From NCBI GenBank assembly GCA_017694735.1, contig JADIMN010000040.1, forward strand, positions 1-46,390: a DNA stretch of 46,390 nucleotides, given 5' to 3'. Positions 28,469 through 37,950 of this stretch are shown in pieces (the first letter of the stretch is position 1; each line of letters starts with the position of its first letter). The position numbers and the translations under genes were made by a program. The notes below the pieces were generated by a model that did no database searches, was not told the DNA's origin, and saw only the letters and a list, made by a program, of their open reading frames with translations. The stretch is from Candidatus Alectryobacillus merdavium. Its GTDB lineage: Bacteria > Bacillota_I > Bacilli_A > RFN20 > CAG-826.

Positions 28469-28693
28469 ATCAACTTTCTAAATCATTCAAATTGTAAATC
28501 GTTTCTAGCACATCAAACGTCTCTTCAAGATTATATTTTGCTGAGTTTCATCCCGTTTCATCAGTAGACCAAACGAATCTGAAATTAGGAACATCTTTGG
28601 CATTCAATGCTAAAGTCTTATAACTTCTCTCGGTCTCATTTAGTTTAGAACCACTTCATATTGATTGATTTCTAATTACTATAGTAAGAAACT
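28469..28693 (-). pseudogene. 75-codon gene remnant with two internal TGA codons
   Basis: minus-strand frame KFLTIVIRNQSI(TGA)SGSKLNETERSYKTLALNAKDVPNFRFVWSTDETG(TGA)NSAKYNLEETFDVLETIYNLNDLES; protein-like composition, no start codon. Confidence 0.3.
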
Positions 28694-28704
28694 TCTAGTA
28701 ATTC

Positions 28705-31062
28705 TTACTCACTCCAAGATGATACTTCAAAATATAAAGCAGTTTTATTATAATTTCCTAAATTACAATCGTATGGATCAACAATTAAATTGCCATCAAA
28801 ATCTACATTGATTGCAAAAGATGTATTATTTGGCTTATAAGACCAAAGTCCATCACTACCTTGTCTAAACCAGTATGTTGTTGTTCCAGCAGTTACAATC
28901 GCTATTTTATATGAATTATCGCCAGGAATACTATATCTGTTTATTTGTTTTACTTCTAAATTTTTCCCTGAAACAGAATTAAATACATGGTAATCTAAAA
29001 ATAAGTTTTCTATCATAGCAGAAGTAGTTCCACTTGTACTTATACTCTCTCCCATAAATTTTGCAAAATCTCCAGGCTTCTGATTTTCATAATCACTATA
29101 ATCAAACTGGCTTTTATAGTTATTAATAGCATAAGCATAAGAACTTAATTCAGCGAAAGAATTGCAAAAATCTAATTCCGAACCAGACAAACCCATAAAA
29201 TTCTCATCAATTGGATAAAAGGCCATATTTCCTATACAAATTCTGCCTCGGTTATCATCACTGCTAGAAACAAATTCAGTTTCCATATAAAACCTAATAC
29301 GATATGTAGGTACTTCAAAATTTATAGTATATATCCTCTGGTCATTCCTATCTACAGGCAAATTAGTACTTTCAGCAAGTAAATCTAATTCTGTCACATA
29401 ATTATTTCCTTCAAGTCTTTGCAATAGAGCAGTTGTTTGAGAATTATTAATCCATTCACTATTTGGATCTCTCCAATATGATAAATTAACATCAAGTCGA
29501 GAAACGGGATTTTTAAATCTATATTCAATAAACGCCTTATTAATATCTTCATGAATAGGAGACAACACTATATATTCATCTTGTATATACCCTGCTCTAT
29601 AACGTCTAGTTTCAAATTCAAAACCATTAGTAGCGATATGCTCAGTAAACTCAGTCCAAATACTATCATCTTCTTTATTCAATTCGGATGGATATACATC
29701 TTCTTCAAATTCATATTGATCAGGAGATATGTACGGAACATTAGAATAAGTATTAGGAATTTCAAAAAATTGACGACACCAATAATCGTCCCAATAAGTT
29801 CCATCGGTGGAATTTAAAGTTAAATAAACATAAAATCCATCATGTAAATTTTGTTTAATTTGCGTCCATTCACTATCTGATAAAGTAAATGTGTTGGAGT
29901 ATAAAGGATAACTAAGTTCAATATATGGATGTTTTTCACTATCAAGAATTGAAAGCGAAATAGATAAATTACTATATTCAAACCATTTTTCATCAAACAG
30001 GGAAACCCATTTGAAGGTAGGATTTAAATCAAAATAATATCCGCCTATAGTGGTGATTTCGTTTGGCATCACATAAAAGCAAGAACAATATTTCTCACCA
30101 TTGCTACATGAATAATTATCGCAATGTACATGATATGTATTCATTTCAAATGTTATGACAGAGGTCATTTTTTCATATCCAAGTTGTTCAAGAGAAACAT
30201 GAGTTAATGTAATCCCATTCTCTTCATCACGCCAGCCAGTGTGAACGTATATTTCATCATTAATTTCATCATAATCATAACCTATAACGGAATGCACATC
30301 GCCATTAGATAGTTCAACGTTTATAATAACAGGCTTTCCATTTACTATATTTTCTATTGCTTTAGTTTTCATATTAGTTTCATTTCTAGCAATTGTACTT
30401 ATGGAAAAATCACTATTTTCATAATTCAAATAATCCAGCAAATAATAATCAAGTAATTGGCCAAAATCAGTAGCGAACATTCCAAGCTCATCTTCGGTAT
30501 CAAAATATAAATCGCCAAAGCAATCTTTTCCTAAAGAAAGTAATTTCAATTGGAAATAAGAGTTCGAATTTTGTTCAATAAAATAATCATAATCTTCTAT
30601 ACTTATTACATCTTCTAGCAGATCTTGCGATTCAAATCTTATTCCAGGAGAAGAAATATTTGATGGTAATAAATCAAAGTCAGCTCCTGACTGTCGCAAT
30701 TGATTAAAATTTGCTACAGCATCATATTCTTCAGGAATAATATCATCATCCCAATATGTATCATAAAACGACAATAACATTCCTATAGAAACATAGGAGC
30801 AAGTTCCAAATATATTATTTCCAAAATTTTCAGTAAGATTATAAAAATAATAGCTTGCATAGTTATTTTCAATAAATATTGGTTCTTGTTCATTACTAGA
30901 AAAATAATTAAACTTTTCATTAACTATTTCATCGCCAAATTTAGAATGGGCAACCTGCTTAGAGCTATTGATTTCTTTAGCAACCATCATTGCATTATTC
31001 AAGTCAAAAGATGGAAAAATAGCTAATAGAACAAGAGTAAAACTTTTATATAATTTTTTCAT
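28705..31062 (-). CDS. large secreted streptopain-like (C10-like) cysteine peptidase with ~450-aa C-terminal extension
   Basis: Signal-like N-terminus; GTCSYVSIGMLLSFYD (Cys block) and GKPVIINV..GDVHSVIGYDYDEINDEIYVHTGW (His block) resemble SpeB motifs; GGAGG RBS. Confidence 0.55.
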   Translation of the reverse strand: MKKLYKSFTLVLLAIFPSFDLNNAMMVAKEINSSKQVAHSKFGDEIVNEKFNYFSSNEQEPIFIENNYASYYFYNLTENFGNNIFGTCSYVSIGMLLSFYDTYWDDDIIPEEYDAVANFNQLRQSGADFDLLPSNISSPGIRFESQDLLEDVISIEDYDYFIEQNSNSYFQLKLLSLGKDCFGDLYFDTEDELGMFATDFGQLLDYYLLDYLNYENSDFSISTIARNETNMKTKAIENIVNGKPVIINVELSNGDVHSVIGYDYDEINDEIYVHTGWRDEENGITLTHVSLEQLGYEKMTSVITFEMNTYHVHCDNYSCSNGEKYCSCFYVMPNEITTIGGYYFDLNPTFKWVSLFDEKWFEYSNLSISLSILDSEKHPYIELSYPLYSNTFTLSDSEWTQIKQNLHDGFYVYLTLNSTDGTYWDDYWCRQFFEIPNTYSNVPYISPDQYEFEEDVYPSELNKEDDSIWTEFTEHIATNGFEFETRRYRAGYIQDEYIVLSPIHEDINKAFIEYRFKNPVSRLDVNLSYWRDPNSEWINNSQTTALLQRLEGNNYVTELDLLAESTNLPVDRNDQRIYTINFEVPTYRIRFYMETEFVSSSDDNRGRICIGNMAFYPIDENFMGLSGSELDFCNSFAELSSYAYAINNYKSQFDYSDYENQKPGDFAKFMGESISTSGTTSAMIENLFLDYHVFNSVSGKNLEVKQINRYSIPGDNSYKIAIVTAGTTTYWFRQGSDGLWSYKPNNTSFAINVDFDGNLIVDPYDCNLGNYNKTALYFEVSSWSE

Positions 31063-31079
31063 ACAATCTACCTCCTTTA

Positions 31080-31694
31080 TTAAAAATTCGAATTAATATG
31101 AACCAAAATACTATTACTTACTCCATCGCCTGCTGTTACAAAAAATGAAACATAGCCTTCTTTTCCATAAGTTTGAATTCTAAAATTTCCAAAAGGATCA
31201 CGAAATTGTGTTAACATTGAATAATTTGAGGATTCAATATATTTTGTACGATCGCCTTGATAAGAACTTCTCACCGCATATGATTTATTAATAGTTAATT
31301 CTGTTTGTTCCATACTAATAGTAAAGTCAGGTTCAGGATTAGGTATAACATTTATGGTTATAGAATCTTGATAACCACCGCATTCAACTCTAACTACAGT
31401 GCTTCCTTGATAATATCCACAAACCATTCTCGAATCTCCAAGCGTAAAATTTGCGATATATGTTAAATCACAAGAGTAAGTAATTGGTTCAGATAAATTA
31501 CTTACTAAAGTTTCAATTTTGACTTTTTCTCCTACTTCTATAGTTAAATTATCATCATTTAATATTTCTATAAATTTATTTTCATTATAAGAAGATGTAT
31601 CGCTAGAACTTGAATCGTCATAAATATTACACGAACACAAGCAAAAAATAGTTACAAATGTAAAAATTATATTTCTAAAAAGATTGGCTTTCAT
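31080..31694 (-). CDS. lipoprotein with bacterial Ig-like (Big_2-like) domain
   Basis: Start placed at ATG 31694 (GGGAGG RBS); lipobox-like CLCSC-N; LTIEVGEKVKIE...STVVRVECGGYQDSITINV resembles Big_2. Confidence 0.55.
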   Translation of the reverse strand: MKANLFRNIIFTFVTIFCLCSCNIYDDSSSSDTSSYNENKFIEILNDDNLTIEVGEKVKIETLVSNLSEPITYSCDLTYIANFTLGDSRMVCGYYQGSTVVRVECGGYQDSITINVIPNPEPDFTISMEQTELTINKSYAVRSSYQGDRTKYIESSNYSMLTQFRDPFGNFRIQTYGKEGYVSFFVTAGDGVSNSILVHINSNF

Positions 31695-31759
31695 ATATAC
31701 CTCCCATATCAATTTTATTTCATTTATTTTAGCATGAAAAAGTTTATAAGTACAAGTTC

Positions 31760-31810
31760 TTAACAATTTCACATCATTTATTAAAGAACATTAACAATTT
31801 CACATCATTT
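31760..31810. repeat. two perfect 20-bp direct repeats ttaacaatttcacatcattt (31760-31779, 31791-31810), 31-bp period
   Basis: read directly; immediately upstream of a possible promoter (TTGTAC-18-TAAAAT) for the lipoprotein/protease operon. Confidence 0.8.
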
Positions 31811-31819
31811 GATATTAAA

Positions 31820-31875
31820 CACAATATGGTTATAAAAGATCTTTGTCTAGAAAGGGACGTTCCCAGACAATCAAT
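31820..31875 (+). mobile_element. ~55-bp fragment of an IS3 orfB (YGYKRSLSRKG.FPDN) in opposite orientation, abutting the IS end
   Basis: near-identical to the minus-strand coding sequence at ~32115-32175 (YGYKRSMSRKGCFPDN). Confidence 0.65.
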
Positions 31876-33501
31876 TGTAAATGTCAATCTCAAATGGTAG
31901 TTTTGAGGATGCGGATATTTTTTTGGACTAATATTGATTATAATTTAACACAATTTCTTTCGGTGATAAATATCCTAATCTTTTCTTAATTCGTTTATTT
32001 TTAAACCAATTTAGATATTTTTCTAATTCAGTAATAAAATCATCACATGTTGTATGTTTCCAATTATTTGGATAAAAGAACTCATTCTTAATTGTTCCAA
32101 AGAATCCTTCACACATTGAATTGTCTGGAAAACATCCCTTTCTAGACATAGATCTTTTATAGCCATATTGTTCCATAAGCTTTATCCAGGAATCAATTCT
32201 ATAATGAAAGCCCCTATCGCTATGAATTAGTATCCCGGAATTACCAATTATTTCATGAGTTTCCTTTAACATTTTATTAGTTAATTCAGAATTAGGTGAT
32301 TTACCAATTCTCCAGGTAATAGGAGAATCGTCGAAGCAATCAATAAAAGGAGACAAATAAACCTTACCATCTTTTAATGCAAATTCAGTTATATCTGTAA
32401 GAGCTTGTTTATATGGTTTATTCTCAATAAATTTTCTATTAACTATGTTTTCAACTTGTGGACTTATTTCTCCTTTATAAGAAGAATACTTGAGTTTTGT
32501 TTTTGGCATATAAACAAATAATTTTTCTTCTTTTATTAACCGAATAATTACTTTTTCAGAAATAACAATTCCATACGATTTAGACAACTCTTGTTTTACT
32601 CTTCGATACCCATAACATTCTTAATTATTAAGAAATATTTCTTTAATGATTTTCCTTATAGTTAAGTATTTATCAAAGTTTACTCTTTTTATTTAATAAA
32701 AATATGTTGAACGTTTTAAGCGAATTATTTTAAGCAACTCATTAATTTTATATTCTTCCCTTAAGGTGTTGACTATTTGAGTTTTTTTATTGCCTAATAG
32801 ATAATAATCAACGCCTATTTCTTTTTTTAATATTTCGTTTGCTTTTTTTAGAACTTTGTTTTCAAGCTCGAGTTTTAAATGTTCTTTTCGAAACATTATT
32901 ATTTCTTCTTCAAGTTATTGTTTTGATTTATCTTTCTTTTTCATAATTGGTTCACCAGTTAGTTCTTTTTGCCATTCATATAAAGTAACTCTAGTAACAT
33001 TATACTTATTAGCAACAGTAATTGCTGATGATTCTCTCGACAGTAAATCAACAATTGCTTTTTTCTTATCTTCATCATTTAATATCGTTGCCTTTTTATG
33101 AACTTAGTGTTTTCTTATCCATCTTTTATCTTTTTTTACCCATAGTTTTAATGTTGAAGGGGATGGATAGCCTAATATTCGGCATGTTTTAGTTATATTT
33201 TCACCATGACTAAAGTAGTATTCTATAACCGGCTCTTGTTCGTCTTTACTCGATCTAGATGATTTATTTCTCTTCCCTGAAATTAAAGGTTGCCCTTTTT
33301 TTCTTTTATCTCTCCAAGATCTCAATGTGTAACGATTAATTCCTAATGCTCTTGCAGTCTTAGATAATTGTCCATCATAGGTATCTAATAAATTTAATGC
33401 TTTCTCAATTTCTTCAATTTTGTGCATACTTGTCCTTCCTATTTTAGTCCAAGTTTTTGTCCGCACCCCCTTTTTCCTACATTTTGAGTTTACTATTTAC
33501 A
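31876..33501 (-). mobile_element. IS3-family insertion sequence, decayed
   Basis: Imperfect terminal inverted repeats TGTAAATGTCAATCTCAAATGGTAG / TGTAAATAGTAAACTCAAAATGTAG (19 of 25 match) with an inner GG(A/G)TGCGGA match; HTH, leucine-zipper and DDE (HSDRGFHY, DNSMCEGFF) segments. Confidence 0.8.
31928..33466 (-). pseudogene. IS3 transposase reading frame interrupted by four in-frame TAA codons
   Basis: Track ORFs 33104-33466, 32693-32896 and 31928-32587 are all in one frame; TAA at 33104, 32915, 32693, 32621; no frameshift seen. Confidence 0.75.
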
Positions 33502-33908
33502 TTTATTCAAAATAAATAATTAAATAATTATAAAACGCAAATTCTTTTTCTAAACTCTCAAAACATAAATAAAAATTACTATTAGTCAGACATGGATGTT
33601 TATTAAAAATCTCTACAATTATTCATTATTTTCAAATAAACACACATAGATTGTAATTTTCCGAAGGAATACAAGAATATTATATAAAATATCAAACAAG
33701 TCATTAATAAATCCACTATCGTCAAACGCAAAACAATAAAAGAAAACTAAACAATATAATTAGCGTTGAATAGGAAAGTACTTTTTAAAACTCACATGAA
33801 ATTTTTATGTTTTAATATTTTTTAAAAATGTAAATATGTACAAAACGATTGTTAAAAATGCAATCCAGTTGAAACTATCTACAATAAAAATAAAAAGTAA
33901 CAATAAAA

Positions 33909-36905
33909 TTATTTTCTAGATATTACTTTACTAGCTACATATTGAACTGCTTGTCTAGAAGAAGAGAAAACGAGATCGATAAAGTCACGATACTTTTTAG
34001 TACATAATTGATAATTCTCAGTAATGTATCTTTTAGCAATTAATCTAGCGGACATCTTCACAAAAGAATTGTCCCTATACTCTTTGCTCTTTAATATAGA
34101 ACTACACGAAGTAATAAATTCATCTCCCGAAACTAAAAAAGACTCAAACATTAAATTTTGTACTATACTTAACTCGCTTTTTGGATCTGATCTAGCGTTC
34201 CTAAGCAAATCTTTACTCGCTTTATCATTAAAAAATCTTGAACCATAATCGTATATTGACAAAATAAAAGCTCTTTTTAAATCGATGATTAAGTTATTTA
34301 AATCGGACAAAATCAATGAATCAGTTTTATCATTTGATATTCCTTTGAAAAACGCATATAAATTATCTAACTCTTTAAAAAGATACTCATTGTATTGATA
34401 TAAAATGATATTTGGCAAAGTTACAATTAATTGAATCAATTTTTCTTTTGATTGCTTTAATAAACTTGAACCAAAACTTTTCAAAAGAACACAACAAATT
34501 TTTAATTCATCTAACAAGGTCTGAATTTCTTTTATTTTTTCAGAAACAGGTTCTTCATAATATAAATTATCCTTATTTTCAACATAATTAATATGTTTTT
34601 CGCTTTCCTTTTTATCCTGTTTTTCATTTATCTTAACAATATCATCATCTGTTAATTTCTTTAGTTCCTCTTTTTTCTCCATTGTAATACCAGAAATGGT
34701 AAAATTTTCTTCCGATAATAAAGGTAAATCTTTTGTCTTGTTATTTATTAAATCAATAATCTTATTTGGAACTATTACGCTATTATATAAAGATGACAAA
34801 CACATTAAGATATTAAAATTTAGGGGCACAAATATATCTTCTTTTAATAATTTAATAAATTCGTCATTATTTCCTTGTCCTAAATTAAGATTAATAAAAT
34901 AAGCTATATAATAAGAAAAAATATCACGATTTAAAAACATAAATTTATTGTCATTCGTTCTTTTGGCAATGAACGACTCTAGCATCAAATTTATAATATT
35001 TTTTTCATTAACGCCCGGAGCACCATAGTATTCATTTTCGTATTTTAATGAATCTTTTATTTCTTTGAATTCAAAAGTACTTTGTTTTTTATCATAAAGA
35101 TTATATGCAATAAATGACAGAATTCTCTTTATTACTTGTATATCACTATTAATTTTATTGCGCTCAATAATTTTTACAAGTTTTAATATAGATTTGGCTT
35201 GGTTAACACTTGAAAACAATAAATTATCAAAGGAATCAGAATTCCTAAAAACATATAATTCAATGTATCCTAGAGAAATTGGATCGCAGATATCGCTAAA
35301 AGACAACGTACTTAATTGCTTTTCTACACATGAAAAGAATTGTTCTTTTGATAAACTAGACTTATCTCCGCTTTTCATTAATAAATCATAAAATTTATAA
35401 GTAAACTCTTTTCTTTTAGATTTTAACATCGGCTGAATTGTATATTCAAGTACTTCAATTTGGTCAATATAGATTGGTTTATTCAATAAATTATTTTCAT
35501 CGGTTCTTAAAAAAACAATTATATGATCAAAAAATTCCCGCGCCTTAGACAAAAAATCAATATCCGAAGGAGAAAAATCATCAATAATAATTACTCTTTG
35601 AGACTTTAAAGTTTCGTTTTTAAATATACTTTTTTCTTTTTCAGAATACATAGATCTAATTTTGCTATTGATAAGTCTTTCAATTTCATTAATCTTATGA
35701 AAATCATCTCCAGAAAATAAAAGAGGAAAATAATTTTCATTAAAAAATAATAAAGTTAAATATTTTGATAACGACGTTTTTCCACTGCTTTCATCACCAT
35801 ATATAAAAATAAAAGGATGACTATTTGATTTAATCAATAACGAATTGAAATCTTTTATTGAAGATTCTTTATCGTCGAAGTTCAAGTATTTAGCTTTATT
35901 CAGATAAGGAAAAACAAAAAGATCCTCAATGTTAAATTGTCTTTCTTGAACTTCAAATTTTTCCAAATCAACAAAACAATCATCATTGAAAGAAATATTA
36001 AGTGAGTTCCATCTAGATGATTTTAATTCTAACTTATGTTGAACATTTTCTTCAATATAGGATTTTGACTCATCGTCCCATTCAAATTTTCCATAATAAT
36101 TTGAATTTAAATCAATCTTAACAAACGAACTTTTATTTGATCCTTTTTTGCAAAAATAGTTTCCTTGGATAATGTTAGTTGTTCCTTCATCAAAAATTAA
36201 TTCGTTTTCAGGAACATGCAAATGGCCGTTTAATACTACATCAACATTCTTTATTAGTTTTGTTTTTAATTTATGACCAATTTCATCATTAAAATAACTT
36301 ACTGGGAAATGCATAAGCAAAAAAACAATTTGATTTGGGCTTTTTCTTGAAATATTTGAAATTGTTGTTTCTGATAAATACGCATAATTCTTTGTATCGC
36401 TACTTTTATTTTCTGTTCCAAAACAAGAAAAAAATACATTATCTAAAGAATAAAAAACAATTTCTTTATTGTCATCCTTAAAAACTAAGGATGTTAAAAA
36501 ATTATTAATAAAGTTAGATTGAACATTTTCTTTTTCAAAAGATAAATATGATGATATATATTGTTTTCTTTCATTATATATATCATCAACATTCTCTTTT
36601 TGAGTATCTCTTATGAGAGAACTTAAGTTGTAATTTTTTTCCTTAAAGTCAATATCATGATTTCCTGGACAAGTAATTAACCTAATTTCTTTTTTGCTTC
36701 TTTCTTTTAATCTATTGAAAAAATCAATGAATAAATTGTATTCATCTGTTTTTCCGCTAAAAGCAATATCACCGCTAACTGCTAGATAAATATAATTATT
36801 TGAGTCGTTTTGTATAATCCTAGCAAAAGATAATATTTTGTCATTATTAATAAAATTTTCTTCAGAACAATGACAGTCCGTTATGAAATAAACGCTGCTT
36901 CTCAT
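33909..36905 (-). CDS. 998-aa fusion: calcineurin-like metallophosphoesterase, P-loop NTPase and long alpha-helical C-terminal region
   Basis: All five MPE motifs (DCH, GDIAFSG, GNHD, LLMHFP, GHLHV) in residues ~1-240; Walker A GDESSGKTS and Walker B RVIIIDDF around residues 370-450; ~520-aa helical tail; GGAGGTGA RBS. Confidence 0.8.
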   Translation of the reverse strand: MRSSVYFITDCHCSEENFINNDKILSFARIIQNDSNNYIYLAVSGDIAFSGKTDEYNLFIDFFNRLKERSKKEIRLITCPGNHDIDFKEKNYNLSSLIRDTQKENVDDIYNERKQYISSYLSFEKENVQSNFINNFLTSLVFKDDNKEIVFYSLDNVFFSCFGTENKSSDTKNYAYLSETTISNISRKSPNQIVFLLMHFPVSYFNDEIGHKLKTKLIKNVDVVLNGHLHVPENELIFDEGTTNIIQGNYFCKKGSNKSSFVKIDLNSNYYGKFEWDDESKSYIEENVQHKLELKSSRWNSLNISFNDDCFVDLEKFEVQERQFNIEDLFVFPYLNKAKYLNFDDKESSIKDFNSLLIKSNSHPFIFIYGDESSGKTSLSKYLTLLFFNENYFPLLFSGDDFHKINEIERLINSKIRSMYSEKEKSIFKNETLKSQRVIIIDDFSPSDIDFLSKAREFFDHIIVFLRTDENNLLNKPIYIDQIEVLEYTIQPMLKSKRKEFTYKFYDLLMKSGDKSSLSKEQFFSCVEKQLSTLSFSDICDPISLGYIELYVFRNSDSFDNLLFSSVNQAKSILKLVKIIERNKINSDIQVIKRILSFIAYNLYDKKQSTFEFKEIKDSLKYENEYYGAPGVNEKNIINLMLESFIAKRTNDNKFMFLNRDIFSYYIAYFINLNLGQGNNDEFIKLLKEDIFVPLNFNILMCLSSLYNSVIVPNKIIDLINNKTKDLPLLSEENFTISGITMEKKEELKKLTDDDIVKINEKQDKKESEKHINYVENKDNLYYEEPVSEKIKEIQTLLDELKICCVLLKSFGSSLLKQSKEKLIQLIVTLPNIILYQYNEYLFKELDNLYAFFKGISNDKTDSLILSDLNNLIIDLKRAFILSIYDYGSRFFNDKASKDLLRNARSDPKSELSIVQNLMFESFLVSGDEFITSCSSILKSKEYRDNSFVKMSARLIAKRYITENYQLCTKKYRDFIDLVFSSSRQAVQYVASKVISRK

Positions 36906-37420
36906 TAATCACCTCCATAAATTAATAATATCTTAAATAAAATATTAAGAAAAATGAACAAACAATTTTTCTTAAACCTTGATAAATTATTATATTATAA
37001 AGAATTTTTGTTTTAAATATTTTTTATGATATAGAACGAACCTTACTATTTCAATCCAAGTTTTAATTCTTAATTAAAAACCGATAATATTTTTATTTTT
37101 TATGTTAAAAATTTGAAGAAATTGCCAAGGTTCAATAGCAACAATTTTGACTAATTAAAAAATTCAAATCTATTATTTCGATTTTTACTTTTAATATTTA
37201 GACCAGCTAGACATCTTTCTATTTATTATTTTTCGCAATTAAATTTTGTATTAAATTTTTTTAAAGTGACTCTTTTAAAATAATGTATTTTTTTGTTTTA
37301 AATTTAGTTGAATTATTTATAACCCCGCAGATTTAAATTAAACTCGTCTTATGTTGGCATGAAAATTAAAACATTTATTTATTTCTGTTTATCACTATAA
37401 AATAAAAATAGAAAAATAAG

Positions 37421-37791
37421 CTAATAATTTAGATATTTGTTAGATAGTTTATTACCAAACAACTCAGTATAAAAAGAATAGTAGCTGATATTGTGCTTGA
37501 ATCTATAGTTACCAAAGCATCCACACCAAATAATGCTTGGAAGCCCAATAACGAATATCCAAAGCGGACCTAAAATAATTCTTTGGATCGTATTTCCGTA
37601 TTCGTGTTTTAACAACTGATGATCTTTCTGATATTTATTAACAAAAATAAATAACCAAAATAAACACTGCCACAATAGTTCCATTCAATTACTATGGCAC
37701 CATGAAATAAAAAGTGTTTCTTCCTTATGTTTAATAGAAAAACAAAAAAACCTATAAGAGTATGAATAATTCCATGGGTGCAAGATAACAA
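37421..37791 (-). pseudogene. small polytopic membrane protein split across two overlapping frames (possible frameshift)
   Basis: Track ORFs 37609-37791 and 37421-37684 overlap by 76 nt in different frames, both hydrophobic; T-runs lie in the overlap. Confidence 0.3.
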
Positions 37792-37950
37792 ATAAAATAA
37801 AAATTTCCTTATAATTTCTCCTTTAAAGCAAGAAAAAAGAGCATTTCTGCTCTAATTTCATATAATTTTTCGGAATTTCTAGTTTTTCAAAAAAAATGCC
37901 TCACGCATTTCAAGAGTGGGGGCGGACGGTACTTTTCAAATTCAAGAGTT

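Noticed and set aside
28504-28560. 18-aa minus-strand ORF MKRDETQQNIILKRRLMC upstream of the RloC-like gene
   Set aside because: It lies inside the longer remnant frame and has no RBS. It is separated from the radical-SAM operon by the RloC-like gene.
22900-29817. Plus-strand ORFs 22900-23088, 25686-25955, 27136-27387, 27409-27771 and 29551-29817
   Set aside because: They are antisense to the sigma-like, radical-SAM, RloC-like and protease genes. The translations are Phe/Leu/Ile/Ser-rich nonsense and no RBS is present.
32856-33101. Plus-strand ORF 32856-33101
   Set aside because: It is antisense to the IS3 HTH/zipper segment, whose minus-strand translation is clearly transposase-like.
34024-35391. 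Plus-strand ORFs 34024-34248, 34696-34902 and 35158-35391
   Set aside because: They are antisense to the 998-aa gene.
37860-37950. Possible terminator downstream of the DUF4238-like gene (cccccac...gtgaggc followed by a T8 run on the minus strand)
   Set aside because: The stem pairs only about 5 of 7 positions, which is too weak to call.
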